Of a stretch of DNA of 64,000 nucleotides, positions 37,406 to 45,880 are shown piece after piece; positions within the stretch are counted from its first letter, which is position 1; the number at the start of each line of letters is the position of its first letter. The DNA comes from Actinomycetes bacterium (GTDB lineage Bacteria; Actinomycetota; UBA4738; HRBIN12): NCBI GenBank assembly GCA_031423155.1, contig JANPEZ010000010.1, positions 5,872 to 69,871 of the forward strand, in the 5' to 3' direction. The position numbers were made by a program, and so were the translations under genes. The notes beneath the pieces are model-generated. The model ran no database searches and was not told where the DNA came from. It was given only the letters and a program-made list of their open reading frames with translations.

Positions 37406-39042
37406 CGTCTGAACCTCCCCGTCACGGCTTCTCGCACCACGTCGGCCTCCCGTATGCGCAGAGTAAAGGCAGACGCGACGAACACAAGCAGTCCCGCGGT
37501 CACGCCGGCAGCCACCTGAGCACTTCTGCCCGCGATCGCCGGCAGCCCGGTTGCCGCGGCTGCCACGGGGAGGGCGCGCCCGACCAGCCAGGACGCCATC
37601 CATGCCGCGGCTGCTGTAGCGACGGAAGCCCCCAGCACCTTGAGGAGGGTCACGGCTATCCGGACCCCATCGATCTTGCCCAGACGTCGGCGCAGCAGCC
37701 ACCCGCAGGCGATGGAAGAGAAGAGGTAGGACAGGGCGTGGCCCAGGGCCAGGCCTCTCACTCCCATACCCAAGCCGAGGACGAACCACAGGTCGACCCC
37801 GATATTCACCACTGCGGCCGCGATGTTCACGAGCGCCGGCGTACGGCTGTCCAGCATCGAGTAGAAGGCCCTCGAAAGCAGCTGGAACAGCGAGAAGAAC
37901 ACGAGACCCGCGGCGAACATCTGCAGCGTTTGGGCGATCTGCAGCGCGTCGGCCGCGCTGGTGCGTCCCCGTTGCAGGAGGAGCCGCGTGATGGGCGTCG
38001 CGAGCACGATGTACCCCGCCGCCGCCGGGATCATCAGGAGAGCCGTCGATCGGATGCCTTGCGAGAGCCTCGAGACGAACCCCTCGATGTCCCGATCGAC
38101 CCAGCCCGCGGACATCGAAGGCAGCAGCGCCGTGAAGATCGAGACGGCGACGATCGAATGCGGCAGCTGGAAGAGGATGAATGCCGCCGGGTAGACGGTC
38201 TGCCCACCCTCGACGCGCCCGGCGAGAACGATGATCACCAGGTAGGCGATCTGGTTAGCAAGCACGTAGACGATGACCCACCCCGCCAGGCGGGCGAGCC
38301 TGCCGATTGCCTCGTCGAGGGGCTCGAAACGCCACCTGAAGCGGAACCCCGTTCCCCGCAGGGAGGGCCACAGCGCCGCCGTCATGGCGAACACCCCGAG
38401 GGTCGTCCCGATCGCGAGCACCAGCTGCTGCGCGGAGGTGATGGTCGCCGGATCTGCCGAGGAGCTCCCTCGCATCGCGGCGTAGATCAAGAACGTGGCG
38501 ATGGCGACGAGGTTGTTCAAGATCGGCGCGAACATCGGCACCGCGAACCGGCCGCTCGCGTTCAGCATCCCGATCGCGATCGACCCGATCCCGTAGAGGA
38601 CGATCTGCGGCATGAACCATCGCAGGAAGAAGACTCCGAGCGCTACCTGCGAGTCGTAGACGCGTGCGGGCGCGTCTGATCCGGATAGGTACAGCCGGAT
38701 GATCCACGGCGCGCCGACCGCGCCGATCACGGCGACGCAGGCCAGGACCACACCCGCTATCGAAAGGATCCGCTGGCCCAGGCGCCAGGCCTCCTCGCGT
38801 CCGTTCGTCTTCATCCAGTCGACGAACAAGGGGACGAAGACCGACGACAAGATCCCGCCGAGTGCCAGCTCATAGAGGATGTTCGGAGTCGTGTTGGCGA
38901 CGTTGTACGTATCGGACAGGCGAGTGACACCCAGAGCGTAGGTCAGCGCGGCCAGACGGGCGAAGCCGGTGATGCGCGACAGACCGGTACCGACCGACAT
39001 AAGAGCGGTGTTACGGACGAACCGGCCCTCCTCGGGGATCAT
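37402..39042 (-). CDS. murJ: Lipid II flippase MurJ (MviN), no kinase-homology extension
   Basis: 'GTGLSRITGFAR', 'ANTTPNILYEL..GG', 'FQLPHS', 'RAFYS..D.RTP'. Confidence 0.95.
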   Translation of the reverse strand: MIPEEGRFVRNTALMSVGTGLSRITGFARLAALTYALGVTRLSDTYNVANTTPNILYELALGGILSSVFVPLFVDWMKTNGREEAWRLGQRILSIAGVVLACVAVIGAVGAPWIIRLYLSGSDAPARVYDSQVALGVFFLRWFMPQIVLYGIGSIAIGMLNASGRFAVPMFAPILNNLVAIATFLIYAAMRGSSSADPATITSAQQLVLAIGTTLGVFAMTAALWPSLRGTGFRFRWRFEPLDEAIGRLARLAGWVIVYVLANQIAYLVIIVLAGRVEGGQTVYPAAFILFQLPHSIVAVSIFTALLPSMSAGWVDRDIEGFVSRLSQGIRSTALLMIPAAAGYIVLATPITRLLLQRGRTSAADALQIAQTLQMFAAGLVFFSLFQLLSRAFYSMLDSRTPALVNIAAAVVNIGVDLWFVLGLGMGVRGLALGHALSYLFSSIACGWLLRRRLGKIDGVRIAVTLLKVLGASVATAAAAWMASWLVGRALPVAAAATGLPAIAGRSAQVAAGVTAGLLVFVASAFTLRIREADVVREAVTGRFRR

Positions 39043-41072
39043 CTCGCCGGCCGTCGGAAGAACCTCCTGGACCAAAGGAGTATCAGCGCCGCTCCGGCTA
39101 CCAGCGTGACGATCAAGGCGACCCGGTTGTAGGCGGTCGAGCGAACCACCAGGGTGCTTTGGCTGACGACGCGACCCGACGGGGCCTGAACCAGGACCTG
39201 CACCGTGATCGATCCACTGCTCGAGACCTCGACCGGGAAGGTTAGGACCTGATCCGGCTGCGTTAGTTCCACCTCCTGAGAATCCCCCTCCGGGAACGTC
39301 AGGCCGACCGACTGAAGCTTCACGATGATCTTTAGGGGAGTCTCTCCCGGATCGCCCAGCAGCACGGGGATGGTTCCGGTCCGGGAGGTCAGGGTGAAGA
39401 CCTGGCTCGTGTCGGGAGTCGCGCGTATGAAAGCCGCGGAGGTGATGGCGCTGGCCTCATCTACGAAAGCGCGCCCGGCCGGTTCATCGCCGACGAAGGC
39501 GCCCGCCTCGGCGTAGAGCAGGTTCGTCTCGAGCCTGTCGATCAGATCGCCCGGATCGATGAGCATCGAACTCAGCGCCTCCACGTCCCTGCGTTCTCGC
39601 TTGATCGCCTCGGCGTAGGCCTGGGTGAACGTCGCCGTGGAAGGTGCGGCGAGCTCATCCTGCGCCAGGGGCGGCACCTCGCTCGCCATGCGAGCGGCCG
39701 ACATCGGTTGCAGGAACGGAGCAGCCGCGATCCTGCGAACGAGTGGGATGAAAGCCCCGGCGGGGATCGAGGCCGGAACGTAGATGGCTACCCCTCTCGC
39801 CACGCCGGGGCTCTCTTTCCAGATGGAGGCCAACTCGCCCAAGACCTGCTGGCAGATCAAGATCGGGTCCGCTTCCGCCGCGGCCGACGTGAGGAGGGTC
39901 TGAACGCTCGGGTCGGGAAGGATCACTGCGACGGGCTCGCCGCCGGCGACAGACAAGGCGCCGGTGGGAGGAGGAGCGAAGCCGAGCGCATGCTCTGGGC
40001 GCTGGACCGTGGTGGCATCGCCGAGCAAGACCAGCGCCCCTTGGGCCGTCAGGTGGCTCACCGTGGCGTCGTCCATGTTCCCTCCGGGAGCGCGAGCGAG
40101 GGTAGAGGACGGATCCACGCCGAACACATCCGATACGAGCGCCCTGCCCCTGGCCTCCTGCAACGGGAGATCCTTGGCCAGTCCGCTGGAGAGCATCGCC
40201 GGCAAGGACGGAGAGGCGAACGGTTCGGCAACGATCTCTATGGACGGCGCGGCCGCAACACGCTTGAGCGTCGCCAACATCGCGGACGCGTGTTGAGCTC
40301 CGCCCTCTCCAGCCTTGACCGTGCGTTCGCCGATCATGTAGCCATCTGCCATCTGCTGGAGCTGGTCCAGCAATAGAGGTGCAACAACGACGGTCACCGG
40401 TGTAGGCCGATCGGCGGCTGCCAGCAGGTCGAGTGCCGCAACCTCGGAGTGGATACGTCCGGCAGGTGAGACGGCAACCTCCAATGCATCGTCGACGAAG
40501 CGCCCGGATGGCCCAAGCGAGTTGGGGGCCGACAGCTCGAAGGTCCACTGCAGCGAAAGCGGCACCTCCGGCTGCTGCCACAGGTAGATGAGTGCGGTGT
40601 TCAGGTTGGCCACTGGGAGGTCCGCACTCCTCAGCTCGACGGCTAGGGGGTAGATCAAGGACTCGGAGGTGCTGAGCAGATCGATCGTCGACAGGTTCAT
40701 CGAGGCGGAGAAGGTCCGCTCCACCCCCGGCTCGAGGGTGCCTTCGAGGGGACTGGGGCGGAGGGCTATGGACGTGGTAGGTCCGTCTATCAACGACGCT
40801 TCATAGCCACTTCTCGATCGCGAGGCCGATCCCAACGTAAGCACAAGAGACAGGTCGGGCAGCGGCGCTGACCCGGAGTTGATGGCCGAGATGGCCACTT
40901 CGAATACGGGCTCCTCGGGTCCGTTCCAGGGCGTCTGGCGGAGCAACCGGATCGCGATGTCGGGCTCGCCCTGAGCGCCGGCGGCCGGCGCGAGGGAAAC
41001 GGCGATCAGAAGGAGGAAGCAGACGAGGAGGCCGGTACCGGCTCGTTGAGTGCGCATGCTCGGGCGTCCCAT
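39039..41072 (-). CDS. DUF6049 / Rv3909-like secreted protein with C-terminal TM anchor
   Basis: Signal peptide, C-terminal TM + RRR; conserved position directly upstream of murJ (ATGA overlap). Confidence 0.75.
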   Translation of the reverse strand: MGRPSMRTQRAGTGLLVCFLLLIAVSLAPAAGAQGEPDIAIRLLRQTPWNGPEEPVFEVAISAINSGSAPLPDLSLVLTLGSASRSRSGYEASLIDGPTTSIALRPSPLEGTLEPGVERTFSASMNLSTIDLLSTSESLIYPLAVELRSADLPVANLNTALIYLWQQPEVPLSLQWTFELSAPNSLGPSGRFVDDALEVAVSPAGRIHSEVAALDLLAAADRPTPVTVVVAPLLLDQLQQMADGYMIGERTVKAGEGGAQHASAMLATLKRVAAAPSIEIVAEPFASPSLPAMLSSGLAKDLPLQEARGRALVSDVFGVDPSSTLARAPGGNMDDATVSHLTAQGALVLLGDATTVQRPEHALGFAPPPTGALSVAGGEPVAVILPDPSVQTLLTSAAAEADPILICQQVLGELASIWKESPGVARGVAIYVPASIPAGAFIPLVRRIAAAPFLQPMSAARMASEVPPLAQDELAAPSTATFTQAYAEAIKRERRDVEALSSMLIDPGDLIDRLETNLLYAEAGAFVGDEPAGRAFVDEASAITSAAFIRATPDTSQVFTLTSRTGTIPVLLGDPGETPLKIIVKLQSVGLTFPEGDSQEVELTQPDQVLTFPVEVSSSGSITVQVLVQAPSGRVVSQSTLVVRSTAYNRVALIVTLVAGAALILLWSRRFFRRPAR

Positions 41073-41073
41073 C

Positions 41074-41844
41074 CTAGGTCACGCCCAGGCGGGCGGCCTC
41101 AACGACCCCGTAGGCGACGGCCACCACCAGCATGAACGAGCCGACCAGGGTTCGAAGGGTTCGCTCACGTGTTCCGAGCGCCAGGTTCGCCCCGATGCGT
41201 GCTCCGGGCATCGCCCCCAGCGTGACCACCGCGAAGATCGCCCAGTCGATGTTGCCAAGGGCCGCGTGTACGAGCGTCCCGGGGATCACGAGAACGACGA
41301 TGGCGACGAGCGAGGTTCCCAGAGCGCGCTTCAAGGGGATGCCCAGAACTCCGGCCATCATCGGAACCATCACGAGTCCGCCACCGATACCCAGCAGCCC
41401 GCTGATCGAGCCGGCCAGCAGTCCGATCCCGGCATACGCCAGCGGGGTGCCGCCCCGGGGGGAACCGCTCCGGCGATCCCTGCGGCCCCGGAGGATCCCT
41501 ACGGCTTGCCAGGCAAGCAAGAGCGCGGTCACGACGAGGAGCAGGTGTATCTCGACGACCTGGGTGAGTGCGGCGCCGCCCGCGGCACCCGCGACGCCCG
41601 GGATAGCCATCCACATCGCTGCCCGCAGGTCCGCCTCTCCGGCGCGGCGATAGGTGAAGGCGCCGGTGGCGGCGGTCGGGAAGATAGCCGGCAGGGGGGT
41701 GGCCAGCGCCACTATGGGAGGAGCCCCCAGCAGTATCTGGATGGCCGGAGTCATCACGATGCCGCCGCCGACACCGAACATCCCCGAGAGCAGACCGCTA
41801 ACGAATCCGGCGAGCACTCCGAGCGCAGCATGAAGCGGGGTCAT
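41074..41844 (-). CDS. TauE/SafE (TSUP) family transporter
   Basis: Duplicated 'GLLSGMFGVGGG' / 'SGLLGIGGG', 'A.GTSL'. Confidence 0.9.
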   Translation of the reverse strand: MTPLHAALGVLAGFVSGLLSGMFGVGGGIVMTPAIQILLGAPPIVALATPLPAIFPTAATGAFTYRRAGEADLRAAMWMAIPGVAGAAGGAALTQVVEIHLLLVVTALLLAWQAVGILRGRRDRRSGSPRGGTPLAYAGIGLLAGSISGLLGIGGGLVMVPMMAGVLGIPLKRALGTSLVAIVVLVIPGTLVHAALGNIDWAIFAVVTLGAMPGARIGANLALGTRERTLRTLVGSFMLVVAVAYGVVEAARLGVT

Positions 41845-42317
41845 CGAAGATGCTCGGCCGCTCGATGGAGCACGTCGCGCTCGCCCTTATAAGCGGCTCG
41901 CTTGAGCGCCCTGTCGAGCGGGAACCAGCGGACGTCCTCCATCTCGTCGTCACGATCTTCGATGTCGCCGCCTGTCGCTCTCATCAAGAAGAAGTGCACG
42001 ACCTTTCGTACCCGCACGTCGTCCCAGACATAGAAATAGCGGGTCTCGCCAAGGGACTCCTCTATATCGGCGTCGATCCCCGTCTCCTCGCGAACCTCGC
42101 GAACGGCGGCATCCTCGATCGACTCGTCCTGTTCGATGCCTCCTTTGGCCAGACCCCATGCCAGGTCGCCGCGGCGGGTCCTTCGAGCCGCGAGGAGGAT
42201 CTCGACCCCGTCCGTCTCGCGGCGGTAGACCACTCCACCTGCCGAGACCTCCCGGCGCGTCGAGGCGGCGGAGGGTTGGGCGCTGGTCTTCTTCGAAGGA
42301 CGTCGGCGCCGGGTCAC
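41841..42317 (-). CDS. NUDIX hydrolase (MutT4-like)
   Basis: Nudix box 'GGIEQDESIEDAAVREVREETG'; 'SAGGVV'. Confidence 0.93.
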   Translation of the reverse strand: MTRRRRPSKKTSAQPSAASTRREVSAGGVVYRRETDGVEILLAARRTRRGDLAWGLAKGGIEQDESIEDAAVREVREETGIDADIEESLGETRYFYVWDDVRVRKVVHFFLMRATGGDIEDRDDEMEDVRWFPLDRALKRAAYKGERDVLHRAAEHLR

Positions 42318-42437
42318 CGGGCGATTCTATGCGTCCGAGCAGGGGTTTCAGGCACGTGTAACTTTCCCCTTTGGATGGGCACGGAACCTGCCGATAGGGA
42401 AGGGTCCGGTCAGACCGAGAGGAAGAGTGCGGGATCC

Positions 42438-43529
42438 ATGGATATCAACGAACTGCTGCGGTTCACCGTGGAGCGAGGCGCGAGCGACCTTCATCTGAAG
42501 GTCGGCAATGTCCCATTCATCAGGGTTGACGGCGGCCTGCAGCCCACCCAGTTCGACCCACTCGCGGCTCAGGACACCGAGGCTTTCGCCGCGGCGATGA
42601 TGTCCGAGCATAAGAAGAAGGAATTCGCAGACACGGCGGAGGCTGACCTTGGGTACACCCTGGGGGGCGTAGGACGGTTCCGCGTCAACGTCTTCCGTCA
42701 GCGGGGGGTGGTCGGGCTGGCGATCCGCCGCGTTCGCAGCGAAGTTCCGACCTTCGAGGAGCTCAGGCTTCCTCCCGTCATGGCCAAGCTCGCCGACTCT
42801 CCACGCGGCCTGGTGCTGATCACCGGGCCCACGGGAACCGGTAAGACGACGACGATCGCTTCGATGATCGGTCACATCAACAACACGCGCCGGGCGCACA
42901 TCGTGACTATCGAGGACCCCATCGAAGTCGTCCACGAGGACGCCCTTTCGATAATCCAGCAGCGCGAGATCGGCATCGATACTTCCTCGTACGCGTTGGC
43001 TCTGCGTCACGTCGTCCGCCAGGACCCCGATGTCATCTTCGTTGGAGAGATCCGGGACGGAGACTCGGCCTTGTCGGCCATCCAGGCGGCCGAGACCGGG
43101 CACTTGGTCATCTCAACCCTGCACACGGTCGACTGCATGGAGACGATCAACCGCGTGCTCGACCTCTTCCCTCCTCAGCAGCAGAAGGAGGTGCGGACAT
43201 CGTTCGCTTCGGCCCTTCGCGGGATCGTCTCTCAACGGCTGGTTCCGCGCGCCGACGGCAAGGGGCGTGTCCCGGCGGTCGAAGTGCTGATCTCGACGGG
43301 GCGGGTCGTGGAACGCGTTATCAACCCGGACGAGACCGGAACCATCATCGACGTGATCGCCGACGGTGCGTACTACGGCATGCAGACGTTCGATCAGGCT
43401 CTCGTGACCCTGGTCAAGGAAGGCCTGGTCAAGGAGGAAGATGCGCGCCTCGTCTCGACCAGTCCCCACGACTTCAACCTCGCACTGAAGGGCGTACTGA
43501 CCCGAGGCACCGCGACCCTGGACGCGTAG
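42438..43529 (+). CDS. pilT: PilT/PilU-family type IV pilus ATPase
   Basis: 'ASDLHL', 'RFRVNVFRQRG', Walker A 'GPTGTGKTTT', 'TIEDPIE', 'RQDPDVIFVGEIRD', 'AAETGHLVISTLHT', 'GMQTFDQAL'. Confidence 0.93.
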   Translation: MDINELLRFTVERGASDLHLKVGNVPFIRVDGGLQPTQFDPLAAQDTEAFAAAMMSEHKKKEFADTAEADLGYTLGGVGRFRVNVFRQRGVVGLAIRRVRSEVPTFEELRLPPVMAKLADSPRGLVLITGPTGTGKTTTIASMIGHINNTRRAHIVTIEDPIEVVHEDALSIIQQREIGIDTSSYALALRHVVRQDPDVIFVGEIRDGDSALSAIQAAETGHLVISTLHTVDCMETINRVLDLFPPQQQKEVRTSFASALRGIVSQRLVPRADGKGRVPAVEVLISTGRVVERVINPDETGTIIDVIADGAYYGMQTFDQALVTLVKEGLVKEEDARLVSTSPHDFNLALKGVLTRGTATLDA

Positions 43530-43612
43530 GGCCGGCCCCTACCGAACGGTTTGCACCTCCTACAACCGTGTGCCAGGATGCCTGAACTAGGCGGCGGTCG
43601 CGGAGGTCACCT

Positions 43613-44044
43613 ATGGATGAGGATGCGCCGAGAGCAGATGGAGCCCCGTCGGGGGAATCTGCTTCGCCCCCTCCACCTCTTCCTGCCACGCCAGCTCAGC
43701 CCGCGCCCCAGGTCGTCTACCAAACAGTGGTGCAGGCCCCGACGAACGGCATGGCGACGGCTTCACTCGTACTTGGGATCCTCGGGGTCGTCTTCTTCTG
43801 GACGGTTTGGCTCGGGCTCATCCTGGGAGCGCTCGGGATCATCTTCGGGGCCCTGGGTCGCGGAAAGGCCAAGCAGGGGGCGCCCAACCAGGGTCTGGCT
43901 ACCGCGGGGTTGACCCTGGGAATCATCGCAGTCGTGGGAAGCGTCCTGTTCTTCCTGCTGATCGTCTCTGCGGTGAACAACTCCGAAGACCTGCTCAATC
44001 AGATCAGCTACTGCATCGACCACCCCAACGCTGCCGGCTGTTAG
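43613..44044 (+). CDS. DUF4190-like membrane protein
   Basis: 'TNGMATASLVLGILG ... FG.LG ... G.GLATAGLTLGII'. Confidence 0.8.
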   Translation: MDEDAPRADGAPSGESASPPPPLPATPAQPAPQVVYQTVVQAPTNGMATASLVLGILGVVFFWTVWLGLILGALGIIFGALGRGKAKQGAPNQGLATAGLTLGIIAVVGSVLFFLLIVSAVNNSEDLLNQISYCIDHPNAAGC

Positions 44045-44078
44045 GCGCACCATCACCCCGGGGTATCGTTGGCGGGTC

Positions 44079-45449
44079 ATGACCGATGCGTTCCTCGAAG
44101 TAGATCCCGTCGCCAAGGAACTGGGTGAGCGGTTCGCCGCGGCCGGTCACCAGCTGTACCTGGTGGGCGGTGTGGTACGCGACGCCGTGCTCGGACGCCC
44201 CTCACGCGACCTGGACTTCGCTACGGACGCAACCCCCGCTGAGACGACCAAGGTCCTGCGCGGTTGGGCCGAGTTCGTCTACCTGGTAGGTGTGAAGTTC
44301 GGGACGGTCGGCGCTCGCAAGGACGGAGAGCTTCTGGAGATAACCACCTTCCGCGAGGAGGTGTACGCCGAGGAGCACCGCAAGCCGGTCGTCGCTTTCG
44401 CCAAGGACATCGAGGCCGACCTCGCCCGGCGAGACTTCACGATCAACGCCATGGCGATACGTCTTCCCGACGGGGCTTTCACCGACCCCTTCGGCGGGGT
44501 GAAGGATCTGGCCGCGAAGGTGCTCGATACTCCGCTCGAACCCGAGGTGGCGTTCTCCGACGACCCTCTGCGGATGTTGCGCGCCGCCCGATTCGTCTCG
44601 CAGCTGCGGGTCCGCCCCACCCCGCGCGTGGTCGCTGCGATCACGCAGATGAAGGAGCGATCGTCCATCGTCTCGGCGGAAAGGATCGCCGAGGAGCTGA
44701 ACAAGCTCCTGGTCGGGGAGAGCCCCTCCGACGGGCTGGGATTGCTGGTCGAAACCGGTCTGGCCGACGTGTTCCTGCCCGAGCTGTCAGCGCTGGCTCT
44801 GGAGCAGGATCCCGTCCACAAGCACAAGGACGTGCTGCGACACACCTATGCAGTCGTCGAAGGGTGTGAGGCCGATCCGGTCCTTCGCCTGGCCGCGCTG
44901 CTTCACGACATCGGAAAACCCAAGACACGCGAGATCACGCCCGACGGCGTTCAGTTCCACCACCATGAGGTGATCGGTGCCCGCATGGCCGAGACGCGTC
45001 TGCGCGAGCTCCGCTATCCGAATTCGGTCATCGAGGACGTGAAGACGCTGGTGGAGCTGCACCTTCGGTTCCACGGCTACGGTGAGGGTTGGAGCGACAG
45101 TGCGGTACGCAGGTACGTTCGCGATGCGGGGCCGCTTCTGGACAAGCTCAATCAGCTGACCCGCGCCGACGTGACCACCGGCAATCGATTCCGCGCCGAG
45201 CAGTTCCGCGCACTACAGGACGATCTAGAGGAGCGCATCGCCCGCCTGGCCGAGGAAGAGAACCTCGAGGCGATGCGCCCCGCCCTGGACGGCGTCGAGA
45301 TCATGGAGCGTCTGGGCCTGGGTCCGGGGCCAGCTGTGGGCCGCGCCCGCGAGTATCTGATGGAGGTTCGCCTGGAACGCGGTCCTTTGGACCGGGACGA
45401 AGCCCTGGCGCTCCTCGATGTATGGGCCAAGGAGCAGGGTCTGTCCTAG
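44079..45449 (+). CDS. CCA tRNA nucleotidyltransferase with HD domain
   Basis: 'LVGGVVRD', 'DLDFAT', 'RRDFTINA', 'DDPLRMLRA', 'LLHDIGKP'. Confidence 0.93.
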   Translation: MTDAFLEVDPVAKELGERFAAAGHQLYLVGGVVRDAVLGRPSRDLDFATDATPAETTKVLRGWAEFVYLVGVKFGTVGARKDGELLEITTFREEVYAEEHRKPVVAFAKDIEADLARRDFTINAMAIRLPDGAFTDPFGGVKDLAAKVLDTPLEPEVAFSDDPLRMLRAARFVSQLRVRPTPRVVAAITQMKERSSIVSAERIAEELNKLLVGESPSDGLGLLVETGLADVFLPELSALALEQDPVHKHKDVLRHTYAVVEGCEADPVLRLAALLHDIGKPKTREITPDGVQFHHHEVIGARMAETRLRELRYPNSVIEDVKTLVELHLRFHGYGEGWSDSAVRRYVRDAGPLLDKLNQLTRADVTTGNRFRAEQFRALQDDLEERIARLAEEENLEAMRPALDGVEIMERLGLGPGPAVGRAREYLMEVRLERGPLDRDEALALLDVWAKEQGLS

Positions 45450-45454
45450 CCGGC

Positions 45455-45847
45455 CTATCCCTTCACGCCCGCGATGCGCAGGATCTTCTCGAGCGTCGCC
45501 GGCTCTCCTCGCCAGTGCTCTTCGATCGGTCCGCGTCCGGCTTTCTTCAAGACATGGCGAAGAACGAGAGCCGCGATCACAGCGTCGTCCAGCGGCCCTA
45601 TGACCGGAAGGAACTCCGGAACGAGGTCGATCGGCGAGATGAGCCACAGGGCGGCGAACCAAAGCAGCGCCTTCGACCTGCGAGGAACCCGCGGATCTCG
45701 TATGAGACCCCTGAAGAGTTGGATCAGGTTGGGTAGCAAGGTCGCCAACTCTTTCGCCGCGGTCTTGCGTCCCGCCAGGTACAACGCCCCCAGGGCGATG
45801 GCCCAGATGGCAACGGCGATCGCGAGACACAGGATCAGGATCCTCAC
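45455..45847 (-). CDS. YkvA/DUF1232 family membrane protein
   Basis: 'DPRVP..SK', 'SPIDLVPEFLPVIGPLDD'. Confidence 0.88.
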   Translation of the reverse strand: MRILILCLAIAVAIWAIALGALYLAGRKTAAKELATLLPNLIQLFRGLIRDPRVPRRSKALLWFAALWLISPIDLVPEFLPVIGPLDDAVIAALVLRHVLKKAGRGPIEEHWRGEPATLEKILRIAGVKG

Positions 45848-45880
45848 GGCCTCGAGCCTACCGGCGGCTAGGCTGGTCCG

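Noticed and set aside
37406-37789. N-terminal half of the 265-aa ORF 36992..37789
   Set aside because: Off-frame overlap with murJ; the ATGA-coupled start at 37405 is more plausible
41850-42437. Apparent 196-aa N-terminal extension of PilT
   Set aside because: Overlaps the NUDIX gene on the opposite strand; homology starts at MDINELL (42438)
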